Assembly (NCBI GenBank): GCA_028279745.1
Contig: JANQNC010000001.1
Coordinates: forward strand, 990,001 to 1,022,000
Origin: Candidatus Nanoarchaeia archaeon
Lineage (GTDB): Archaea; Nanobdellota; Nanobdellia; Woesearchaeales; JANQNC01
Direction: 5' to 3'
Length of the DNA stretch: 32,000 nucleotides
The notes under the pieces were generated by a model. The model worked only from the letters and a program-made list of their open reading frames with translations. It was not told where the DNA came from and ran no database searches. The position numbers were made by a program, and so were the translations under genes. The number at the start of each line of letters is the position of its first letter. Position 1 is the first letter of the stretch. Below, in pieces: positions 1 through 6,598 of the stretch.

Positions 1-138
<138 letters not shown>

Positions 139-164
139 AAGGAGAAAAACAGTAAGTTGGTGTA

Positions 165-512
165 ATGGCTGCTCGTAAACTCGCAGTCTTCAAAAAAAGA
201 GGCAAAAGGATGAAAGGGATAAACGGACTGATACTATTTATTGTCGGAGCAGGGATAACCGTTGCAGCACGTGTTGTAGATCAAGCAAACTTAATCTTAT
301 TCTTCTATGCAGGAATTGTAATGGCAACATATGGCCTAGGAAAATATGTAATACAAAAAGCGCTATTTGGTGGAACAAAAAAAGAACAAAAACAAACAGA
401 ACAGATGCTAAAACCAGAAGCAGCAAAACAGATCATAAAATACTGTCCAAAATGCGGCAAAGCTCACGGAGCAAGCGCGAACTTTTGTATAAGCTGTGGG
501 AACAAGTTATGA
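165..512 (+). CDS. small membrane protein with C-terminal zinc-ribbon
   Basis: 115-aa ORF with two hydrophobic segments (GLILFIVGAGITVAA, LILFFYAGIVMATYGLG) and a C-terminal CPKCG...CISCG double CxxC. Confidence 0.6.
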   Translation: MAARKLAVFKKRGKRMKGINGLILFIVGAGITVAARVVDQANLILFFYAGIVMATYGLGKYVIQKALFGGTKKEQKQTEQMLKPEAAKQIIKYCPKCGKAHGASANFCISCGNKL

Positions 513-2432
513 CTGATCTTCTCCAATAAACACTCTAATCACACTATTGATCTTCATAATTCTTCTGATCAAGTCTTTCAAGTGTTCAAGGTTAACAAGT
601 TCAACCTCAAAAGAACATTCAGCAAGCTGTTTACCTAAGAACTTAACATTTGCACCTTTTATATTTGTGCCAGTATGAGCGATAGTGTTAACCATATCCA
701 GAAGCAATCCCACTCTATCATTACACAAAACTGCAAGCTTCAGATCACCATTAAAGTCATCTCTCCAAGTAACCATCTTTTTTATCACTGGACCGCTTTC
801 AAGCTTAGGAACTTTGTTACAAGTGGATTTATGGATGGAAACAACACCTGACTTAATCACATAACCCTTGATGTTATCGCCAGGTAAAGGGTTGCAACAA
901 CGAGGCAGTCTATACTCTGCATTTGGCAAACCTTTCACAACAACAATGCTCTCTCTTTGTCTTTCTTTCAAAGCTCTCTTCTTGATAATCTGCTTAGCAG
1001 GAATATTGGCAGAGTCCTTAATAGACTTCTTTATCTTAGTCAAAGCTCTTGCAGTTTTAGCAATACCCAACCAGGTTCTACTTGGCTTCTGATTCTTTTT
1101 AGTGATGATCTCAACAACATCACCATTTGTTAACTCATGGTTTAAAGGAACAAACGCTTTGTTAACCTTTGCACCACTACAATGCATTCCAACTTCTGAA
1201 TGTACTGCAAAAGCAAAATCAATCACTGTAGCATCTTCAGGAAGTTCAATAATATCATTCTTAGGAGTAAAACAGAAAATCTCTTCTTTAAAGAAATCTA
1301 ATTTTAAATTATCAATAAACTCACCGGCCTCTTTTGATTCTTTTTTCCAATCCAAAATTTGCCTCATCCATGATAATTTTCTATCAAACTTAACACTACC
1401 CTTCATATCTTTATAACGCCAGTGAGCAGCAATACCTTCTTCAGCAATCTTATTCATGTCTTTAGTCCTTATCTGGATCTCAATAGGATATCCATCATCA
1501 CCAATCACCGTAGTGTGTAGGGACTGATACATGTTAGCCTTAGGAGACGCAATATAATCTTTAAACCTTTCAGGCATAGGCTTCCACAAATAATGAATAA
1601 TTCCTAAAACACCATAACAAGTTTCAACATCTTTAACAACAATACGATAAGCCATGACATCATAAATCTCATCAAAAGTTTTCTCAAACTTCTTCATCTT
1701 AGAAAGAATACTGAACAAGTGTTTAGGTCTTCCTTTAACCTCTGCAACTATACTGTGCCTCTTAAGCTCACGTTTGATAATTCTGATGTTACTATCAATA
1801 ACTTGTCTTCTATCTGCAAGCCTTCTAGGAATCTTAGTCCTTAACTCATTAAACTCTTCAGGGTACAAGAACTTCATAGACAAGTCTTCTAACTCACCTC
1901 TAATACCTGCCAGCCCAAGCCTGTAAGCAAGAGGGGCATAAATCTCTAAAGCATCTTTAGCAGTCATCCTCTGTTTTTCAGGAGGCATGTGCTGAAGCGT
2001 ACGCATATTGTGTAATTTATCAGCAAGCTTGATGAAAACAACACGTATATCTTTAGTCATCGCAAGAAGCATCTTCCTGACAGCTTCAGCGTTCCTAACC
2101 CTTTTTTCAACCTTAGTCAACAGGTTAATCTTAGTAACACCTTCAACAAGATTTGCAATGTCTTCATTAAACTCATTCTTTATTGTATTAGTATCAACAT
2201 CTGTGTCTTCAACAACATCATGAAGTAAACACGCAGCAATTGTGTTATCGTCAAAACCATACCCTGCAAGAATCAAAGCAGCACTGGAAGGATGAATAAA
2301 ATAGTCTTCACCAGACATTCTTTTCTGACCTTTATGGGCCTCTTTAGCAAACTTAAACGCTTTCTTAATAAGCTCAATATTAGCGTTCTTATCATGCTTT
2401 AAGATCTCATCAATAATGGTTTTTACATTCAT
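507..2432 (-). CDS. rel: bifunctional (p)ppGpp synthetase/hydrolase, long RelA/SpoT homologue
   Basis: 641-aa ORF with the complete long-RSH layout: HD hydrolase motif HDVVEDT; synthetase motif RFKDYIASPKANMYQSLHTTV; TGS-like segment FCFTPKNDIIELPEDATVIDFAFAVHSEVG; Cys-rich RCCNPLPGD..H..TC segment; C-terminal ACT/RRM-like tail. Confidence 0.9.
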   Translation of the reverse strand: MNVKTIIDEILKHDKNANIELIKKAFKFAKEAHKGQKRMSGEDYFIHPSSAALILAGYGFDDNTIAACLLHDVVEDTDVDTNTIKNEFNEDIANLVEGVTKINLLTKVEKRVRNAEAVRKMLLAMTKDIRVVFIKLADKLHNMRTLQHMPPEKQRMTAKDALEIYAPLAYRLGLAGIRGELEDLSMKFLYPEEFNELRTKIPRRLADRRQVIDSNIRIIKRELKRHSIVAEVKGRPKHLFSILSKMKKFEKTFDEIYDVMAYRIVVKDVETCYGVLGIIHYLWKPMPERFKDYIASPKANMYQSLHTTVIGDDGYPIEIQIRTKDMNKIAEEGIAAHWRYKDMKGSVKFDRKLSWMRQILDWKKESKEAGEFIDNLKLDFFKEEIFCFTPKNDIIELPEDATVIDFAFAVHSEVGMHCSGAKVNKAFVPLNHELTNGDVVEIITKKNQKPSRTWLGIAKTARALTKIKKSIKDSANIPAKQIIKKRALKERQRESIVVVKGLPNAEYRLPRCCNPLPGDNIKGYVIKSGVVSIHKSTCNKVPKLESGPVIKKMVTWRDDFNGDLKLAVLCNDRVGLLLDMVNTIAHTGTNIKGANVKFLGKQLAECSFEVELVNLEHLKDLIRRIMKINSVIRVFIGEDQS

Positions 2433-2543
2433 ATATCTTATTTATAAAGAACTTTTTTATATACCTTTCCACCAAAAACCCAAAAAATGGCTTTTTAGGC
2501 AAGCGAAACCTTTAAATACCACTAAAAAAGAGTATAACTCAAA

Positions 2544-2804
2544 ATGTATGAAGAAGAAGAGATGCAGGAAGCAGACGTATATGAAGCAGAAGGCAGAGAA
2601 AGCTTAGTTGAAGATGACGAAATGTCAGCAGAAGAAGAAGGCTTTCTAAAAGGCGCAGAAGGTTTTGGGCAGGATGCTAAATGCAGAAAATGCGGAAAAG
2701 TATTAATGGAAGCAAATGAAGTATTCGAGAAAGAGATCGAAGGAGAAATAATGCGATTCTGCTCAGAAGAATGCGAAGAAGAGTTCGAAAAGGAACACTC
2801 TTAA
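2544..2804 (+). CDS. acidic protein with TRASH-type zinc finger
   Basis: 86-aa ORF. It has an acidic N-terminal half, then C-RK-C-(22 aa)-C-SEE-C, which matches the TRASH pattern C-X2-C-X19-22-C-X3-C. A TATA-like cctttaaatac lies about 30 nt upstream. Confidence 0.65.
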   Translation: MYEEEEMQEADVYEAEGRESLVEDDEMSAEEEGFLKGAEGFGQDAKCRKCGKVLMEANEVFEKEIEGEIMRFCSEECEEEFEKEHS

Positions 2805-2843
2805 ACACATAATTCTTTAGTTTAGATACATACAAGACTCACA

Positions 2844-2855
2844 AAATTTAAATAC
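2844..2855 (+). promoter_or_regulatory. TATA-box-like element upstream of cdc6
   Basis: aaatttaaatac is centred about 29 nt before the ATG at 2879, and there is no SD close to the start (leaderless-type spacing). Confidence 0.45.
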
Positions 2856-2878
2856 GAGGTAGGAATCTTGATCATTAT

Positions 2879-3949
2879 ATGTCATTATTCAAAAACATGT
2901 TAGGGTCTGAGGAATCGTTGTTCATGAATGCGATCGCATTAGATTATGATTTCATGCCAAAGCTGATCCCTTATAGGGAAACAGAACAAAAACACATTGC
3001 AACTTGTGTAAGACCCTTATTCCAACAAAGAAATGGTCGTAATCTGATAATAACTGGAACGCCGGGAGTCGGGAAGACAGTCGCAACAAGAAATGTTCTA
3101 CAAGAACTTGAAGAGGAGACAGACGAAGTAACTCCAATCTACATCAATTGTTGGCAGAAAAATACTTCTTACAAAATTGTATTGCACTTATGTGAAGAAT
3201 TAGGGTATAAGTTTACTCAGAATAAAAAAACAACAGAGCTATTTGATGAAATCAAAAGAATGCTGAACAAAACATCTGCAGTGATCGTATTTGATGAGAT
3301 AGACAAAGCAGAAGAGTATGATTTCTTGTATATGCTTTTAGAGGAGATATATCGGAAAACGATAGTTCTGATCACCAATTACAAAGATTGGATAAACGGA
3401 TTAGATGAAAGGATCAAATCAAGATTAATGGCAGAGATGATGGAATTCAGATCTTACAACAAACAAGAGACTGAAGGGATTTTACGTGAGAGGATGGAGT
3501 ATGCATTCGTAAAAGGAGTGATGAAAGACGATGCATTCAACCAGATAGTCGATAAAACTTATGAGTTAAAAGATATCCGAACGGGATTATACTTGATGAG
3601 AGAATCAGGCAATAGTGCTGAAGATAGATCATCAAAAGAAATTACGCTGGAAGATGCTCAAACTGCTCTTGAAAAGTTAAAAGAATTTTCAGAAAAAGAT
3701 AAAAGCACACTTGAAGAGGATGAGAAGTTGATTCTTGACATTATTAAAGAAACCCCTGGGATTAAGATTGGTGATTTGTATAAGAAATATGAGTCATTAG
3801 GGGGCAAAGGAGTCTATAAAACATTACAGAGAAGGATTGCTAAATTAGACAAAGACAGATTCATTAAAACAAAACAAGTTCAAAGTAAAGATGGAAATAC
3901 AACACTTATCTCTATGAATGAAGTAGAGAAGAAATTGGATGAGTTCTAA
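2879..3949 (+). CDS. cdc6: Orc1/Cdc6 replication initiator
   Basis: 356-aa ORF with AAA+ Walker A GTPGVGKT, Walker B VIVFDEID and a C-terminal winged-helix-like region. Confidence 0.9.
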   Translation: MSLFKNMLGSEESLFMNAIALDYDFMPKLIPYRETEQKHIATCVRPLFQQRNGRNLIITGTPGVGKTVATRNVLQELEEETDEVTPIYINCWQKNTSYKIVLHLCEELGYKFTQNKKTTELFDEIKRMLNKTSAVIVFDEIDKAEEYDFLYMLLEEIYRKTIVLITNYKDWINGLDERIKSRLMAEMMEFRSYNKQETEGILRERMEYAFVKGVMKDDAFNQIVDKTYELKDIRTGLYLMRESGNSAEDRSSKEITLEDAQTALEKLKEFSEKDKSTLEEDEKLILDIIKETPGIKIGDLYKKYESLGGKGVYKTLQRRIAKLDKDRFIKTKQVQSKDGNTTLISMNEVEKKLDEF

Positions 3950-3951
3950 AA

Positions 3952-4404
3952 ATGAAAATAGTGAGTGCATGCTTATGCGGGGTTAAATGCAGATATGATG
4001 GGAAAGGTAAAGCGAATGATAAAATTATTGAAATGGTTAAAAAAGGAGAAGCAATACCTGTCTGCCCAGAACAAATAGGAGGGTTAACAACACCAAGAGT
4101 TCCCGCAGAAGAAAAAGACACTCAGAAATCAGAGATTTCTGGTGCTACTGGAAGTGGTGGAAAAATAATTACAACTGAAGGAAAAGACGTAACTGAAAAC
4201 TTTGAAAGAGGTGCAGAAGAAGCACTAAAGATAGCTTTACTTTCTGGGTGCGATGAAGCAATCCTAAAAGAAAAATCACCTTCATGCGGAGTTAAGCAAG
4301 TTTATGATGGGTCATTTACTGGCACACTCAAGGCGGGAGACGGCATATTCACAAGACTTCTAAAAAAGAATGGAATTAAAGTAAAAAGTGAAGAAGATAT
4401 TTAG
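3952..4404 (+). CDS. DUF523 / TudS-like Fe-S protein
   Basis: 150-aa ORF with SACLCGVKCRYDG and PVCPEQIGGLTTPR motifs typical of DUF523. The start is 3 nt after the cdc6 stop. Confidence 0.75.
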   Translation: MKIVSACLCGVKCRYDGKGKANDKIIEMVKKGEAIPVCPEQIGGLTTPRVPAEEKDTQKSEISGATGSGGKIITTEGKDVTENFERGAEEALKIALLSGCDEAILKEKSPSCGVKQVYDGSFTGTLKAGDGIFTRLLKKNGIKVKSEEDI

Positions 4405-4757
4405 AAACCAGGCCCTTCACCTGATAAAACAGGGGTTTCTTTACCTGTGCCTTTGGAGTTCTCAGTGATAGAAAACTGTTTCACTATGTTTTCAATCTTT
4501 TTTGGATCTATATCTGACCCTTCCTTAACAATAACTTTACCTTTAACTGAGTTTGGCCCTTCAGGATTGATTACGGGAGATACATATACCTCAACCTCTT
4601 TACCATAAATGATAAATTCAGAGTCTTCGTTTTTGGAAGTGTACTGTTCAGCAGGGATCCCCTCTTGTCTAAGTTTTGATACCAAGCCAGGCAAGTTACT
4701 TCTTGACAGACTTAGACTGTATCCTTTAGACACATCAAAATTGTAATTTGTTTCCAT
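4401..4757 (-). CDS. hypothetical protein (118 aa)
   Basis: Long ORF with a TATA-like element about 30 nt upstream. No recognisable motifs. Confidence 0.55.
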   Translation of the reverse strand: METNYNFDVSKGYSLSLSRSNLPGLVSKLRQEGIPAEQYTSKNEDSEFIIYGKEVEVYVSPVINPEGPNSVKGKVIVKEGSDIDPKKIENIVKQFSITENSKGTGKETPVLSGEGPGF

Positions 4758-4783
4758 TTTAGCGTAGGGGTTGTGCAGGTTTC

Positions 4784-4794
4784 TTTTAAACTTT
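4784..4794 (-). promoter_or_regulatory. TATA-box-like element for the 118-aa gene
   Basis: The minus strand reads aaaagtttaaaag about 30 nt before the ATG at 4757. Confidence 0.4.
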
Positions 4795-4833
4795 TGCTTT
4801 AGCCACTAGACAAGCAAAAATCATAGATTTTTG
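4792..4833. other. two overlapping, mutually exclusive hairpins between divergent promoters
   Basis: Hairpin X pairs 4792-4799 (ttttgctt) with 4812-4819 (aagcaaaa) around a 12-nt loop. The second hairpin pairs 4815-4822 (caaaaatc) with 4826-4833 (gatttttg) around loop ata. Both need 4815-4819. Confidence 0.4.
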
Positions 4834-4840
4834 GGTCCAT

Positions 4841-4857
4841 TGCTCACTGTGTTCGCA
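4841..4857 (+). repeat. 17-mer matching intron 2 of tRNA-Ile
   Basis: tgctcactgtgttcgca here versus tgctcaccgtgttcgca on the minus strand at 30980-30996 (16/17 identical). Confidence 0.7.
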
Positions 4858-4884
4858 CTGGACACTGGACATTCTACGAAACGG

Positions 4885-4895
4885 CCTATATAAAC
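4885..4895 (+). promoter_or_regulatory. TATA-box-like element for the micro-ORF operon
   Basis: cctatataaac lies upstream of the plus-strand small ORFs that begin at 4936/5025. Confidence 0.4.
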
Positions 4896-4973
4896 TAGTT
4901 CTGACATAATAGCTATAGAAGCAGGGAAATATAATATGCTTCTAAAAGAGGCAGGTAGCCTCAAAAGAGGCAA

Positions 4974-5015
4974 CAGAAATCAAAGATTTCTGGGCCTCCA
5001 AGCAAAGCTTAGAGG
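4974..5015 (+). promoter_or_regulatory. twin AAA-triloop hairpins; the second occludes the SD of the 5025 ORF
   Basis: First hairpin: cagaaatc-aaa-gatttctg (4974-4992). Second hairpin: cctccaagc-aaa-gcttagagg (4995-5015, one mismatch). The 3' arm agagg is part of the SD gaggtga, 6 nt before the ATG at 5025. Confidence 0.35.
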
Positions 5016-5024
5016 TGAGAAAAA

Positions 5025-5141
5025 ATGGATTGGGACACAATGAACACAAGAAAACAGATCTTTGGAGTGGAAGAATTCTCAGAGGAGTACATGAAAGATG
5101 TGAGCAACACTTTCTTTAACTTAACAAAACAAGAGAGGTAG
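5025..5141 (+). CDS. micro-ORF, 38 aa
   Basis: MDWDTMNTRKQIFGVEEFSEEYMKDVSNTFFNLTKQER. SD gaggtga lies 6 nt upstream, and the stop TAG sits inside the SD-like gagaggtag of the next ORF. Confidence 0.45.
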   Translation: MDWDTMNTRKQIFGVEEFSEEYMKDVSNTFFNLTKQER

Positions 5142-5146
5142 ATAAT

Positions 5147-5275
5147 ATGGAGCTAAATTGGGAGGAATATGAAGAAGACATATACACAAAAGAAGGAATG
5201 GAAGAACTAGTAGAAGATGACGAGATGACATCAGCAGAAGAAGGATTTATGAGAGGCTATAGGAGTGCGATGTAG
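5147..5275 (+). CDS. micro-ORF, 42 aa; paralogue of the N-terminal acidic module of the TRASH protein
   Basis: MELNWEEYEEDIYTKEGMEELVEDDEMTSAEEGFMRGYRSAM. It aligns without gaps to residues 11-37 of the 2544-2804 product (17 of 27 identical, including LVEDDEM and EEGF). Confidence 0.6.
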   Translation: MELNWEEYEEDIYTKEGMEELVEDDEMTSAEEGFMRGYRSAM

Positions 5276-5284
5276 GTGAAGATT

Positions 5285-5395
5285 ATGAATTTGAACAGAT
5301 TCATTGAAAAAAAGTTCCTGGAATGGAAGTTTGAAGATGAAAACTGGAAGAAGTCTGTGCAAGAAGAAGCAGAACTCAATCTTGAGACCTTATAG
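5285..5395 (+). CDS. micro-ORF, 36 aa
   Basis: MNLNRFIEKKFLEWKFEDENWKKSVQEEAELNLETL. SD taggtga is upstream, and the stop TAG (5393-5395) is fused to the GGAGGT that follows. Confidence 0.45.
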   Translation: MNLNRFIEKKFLEWKFEDENWKKSVQEEAELNLETL

Positions 5396-5414
5396 GAGGT
5401 AAAAAAATGGCACC
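5395..5414 (+). repeat. direct repeat, left copy (SD + ATG + GCACC)
   Basis: GGAGGTAAAAAAATGGCACC. The right copy GGAGGTAAAAATGGCACC is at 5545-5562 and differs only by two A. Confidence 0.85.
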
Positions 5415-5544
5415 AGTGCAGCTGGTTACGCTCAGCTGGCACGCAAAAGGAGGCACGCGCAAAAAAACCAAAGGTTTTTTGGCGCACACAAAAACTTCGT
5501 TTTTGTCGTGTGCGCTCACTAACGTTCGCTTAGCCACCTGGCCT
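5415..5544 (+). other. GC-rich, hairpin-dense insert (candidate miniature mobile element or structured RNA)
   Basis: Clearly more GC-rich than its flanks. It contains a CAGCTG-N8-CAGCTGGCAC hairpin (5419-5442) and a direct GGCACGC repeat. It also has twin hairpins gcgcaaaaaaacc-aaa-ggttttttggcgc (5457-5485) and a stem of about 12 pairs around the cttcg turn (about 5483-5513), then GCTCACTAACGTTCGCTTAGCCAC. Confidence 0.4.
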
Positions 5545-5562
5545 GGAGGTAAAAATGGCACC
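5545..5562 (+). repeat. direct repeat, right copy (functional SD + start of the 73-aa gene)
   Basis: GGAGGTAAAAATGGCACC, with the ATG at 5555. Confidence 0.85.
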
Positions 5563-5776
5563 GGAAAAAACATTCAAAGCAGGACAGTTATCTGCAACAA
5601 TCTGGAAAAACCAACAAGACAAATTTGAAACATTCAACGTACAATTACAGAAAAACTACAAAGACAAGATGGGAAACTGGAAAACAACAAATAACCTAAG
5701 CTTAAATGATATTCCTAAAGCAGAGATCATACTAAAGAAAGCATACGAGTTTTTAGTACTGAAAGACAACGCATGA
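5555..5776 (+). CDS. small protein, 73 aa; possibly PC4/YdbC-like nucleic-acid-binding fold
   Basis: It has a strong SD GGAGGT and is followed by a hairpin plus T-rich terminator. The segment GNWKTTNNLSLNDIPKAEIILKKAYEFL loosely resembles the G..ISL....-helix end of PC4-like proteins. The fold call is weak. Confidence 0.65.
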   Translation: MAPEKTFKAGQLSATIWKNQQDKFETFNVQLQKNYKDKMGNWKTTNNLSLNDIPKAEIILKKAYEFLVLKDNA

Positions 5777-5813
5777 TCACCTTCTGAAAGAGATTAAACA
5801 CCCCGAAACCATC

Positions 5814-5851
5814 CCCCTGCTAAACGCAGGGGAACTCTTTCTTTTCTCTTT
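5814..5851 (+). terminator. GC hairpin followed by T-rich tract
   Basis: cccctgc-taaac-gcagggg (7-bp stem, 5814-5832) followed by aactctttcttttctctttc, 38 nt after the stop at 5776. Confidence 0.6.
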
Positions 5852-5903
5852 CATTTAAAACAAAATAATAAACTTTAAAAACGAATTAAAACCACTTTTA
5901 GTT

Positions 5904-6464
5904 ATGGTAATGGTACTAAGAACAGAAGTAGAAGAAAAAGAAGATTTCTACATACACGAGATAATGAAAGGCAAGCTAATAATATATCCAACAGACACAA
6001 TATATGGGATTGGGTGTGATGCAACAAATGAAGAAGCAGTAAAAAAAATAAGACTGATCAAAGAGAGAAATGATTTACCTTTTACAGTAATACCTCCAAG
6101 CTTAGAATGGGTAAAAGAAAACTGTGAGATTACTGAAGAAGCAAAAGAGCTAATAAAAAAGTTTCCAGGTTCAACCTTAATACTAAAACTGAAAAACAAA
6201 GAAGCAGTAGCAAAACAAGTAAACCTGGGAATAGATACGATAGGTGTAAGAATCCCTGTACACTGGTTTACTGAAATATTACAAAAAACAAACAAGCCAA
6301 TAATAACAACCTCTGTAAACAAAAAAGGAGAGCCAAACATGACTTCTATGGATGATCTGGATCCAGACATACAAGTTGACTACGTTTTCTTTGAAGGAGA
6401 GAAAAAAGGAAGTTCTTCAAAAATATTTGATCTAACGGGAAAAGAAGTAGTAATCAAAAGATAA
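5904..6464 (+). CDS. tsaC: threonylcarbamoyl-AMP synthase, YrdC/TsaC-type (t6A pathway)
   Basis: 186-aa ORF with YPTDTIYGIGCDA and IKERNDLPFTVI motifs of the YrdC/Sua5 family. It is too short to carry the Sua5 C-terminal domain. Confidence 0.8.
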   Translation: MVMVLRTEVEEKEDFYIHEIMKGKLIIYPTDTIYGIGCDATNEEAVKKIRLIKERNDLPFTVIPPSLEWVKENCEITEEAKELIKKFPGSTLILKLKNKEAVAKQVNLGIDTIGVRIPVHWFTEILQKTNKPIITTSVNKKGEPNMTSMDDLDPDIQVDYVFFEGEKKGSSSKIFDLTGKEVVIKR

Positions 6465-6465
6465 A

Positions 6466-6564
6466 TTATTTTAGCATATCATTGTATTTCTTATTGCCCC
6501 AAATAACCCAATAAATAACTAAAATGTTGGTAATCATCAAAACTATAAGCAGTGGGACATCCAT
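6466..6564 (-). CDS. possible 32-aa membrane peptide
   Basis: MDVPLLIVLMITNILVIYWVIWGNKKYNDMLK lies 34 nt downstream of the 126-aa gene on the same strand. The only support is the hydrophobic core and its position. Confidence 0.25.
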   Translation of the reverse strand: MDVPLLIVLMITNILVIYWVIWGNKKYNDMLK

Positions 6565-6598
6565 TTTAAACTAACAAACATAGAACAATATAAAAGCT

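Noticed and set aside
868-2223. Antisense ORFs inside rel (868-1092, 1102-1416, 2008-2223), and similar ones inside kae1, ileS, polB, the kinase, the malic enzyme gene and other genes
   Set aside because: They lie fully within well-supported genes on the opposite strand, have Leu/Ser/Phe-rich low-complexity translations typical of antisense frames in AT-rich DNA, and lack SD or TATA signals.
4792-4819. D-arm-like hairpin (minus strand GCTT-GTCTAGTGGCTA-AAGC) as a tRNA gene, tRNA fragment or split-tRNA half
   Set aside because: I found no acceptor stem, anticodon arm or T-arm around it on either strand, and no complementary leader/trailer partner in the window.
4851-4875. Tandem TCCAGTG-TCCAGTG (minus strand) 0.9 kb from cdc6 as origin recognition boxes / oriC
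   Set aside because: Only the CCAGTG core of the ORB consensus is present, without the GGAAA extension. No inverted partner copies flank an unwinding element, and CCAGTG occurs repeatedly elsewhere in the window, so there is not enough evidence to call an origin.
4936-5043. 35-codon frame MLLKEAGSLKRGNRNQRFLGLQAKLRGEKKWIGTQ as a gene
   Set aside because: It has no SD and spans two stable hairpins. It is kept only as a possible leader peptide in the micro-ORF operon finding and is not listed as a feature.
5257-5628. ORFs called across the GC-rich insert (5407-5628 plus strand; 5257-5487 and 5376-5573 minus strand)
   Set aside because: They are created by the stop-poor GC-rich hairpin cassette. 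Their composition (many R, C, H, T, W) is unlike every other protein here, and the plus-strand one merely starts at the duplicated SD+ATG and runs out of frame into the 73-aa gene.
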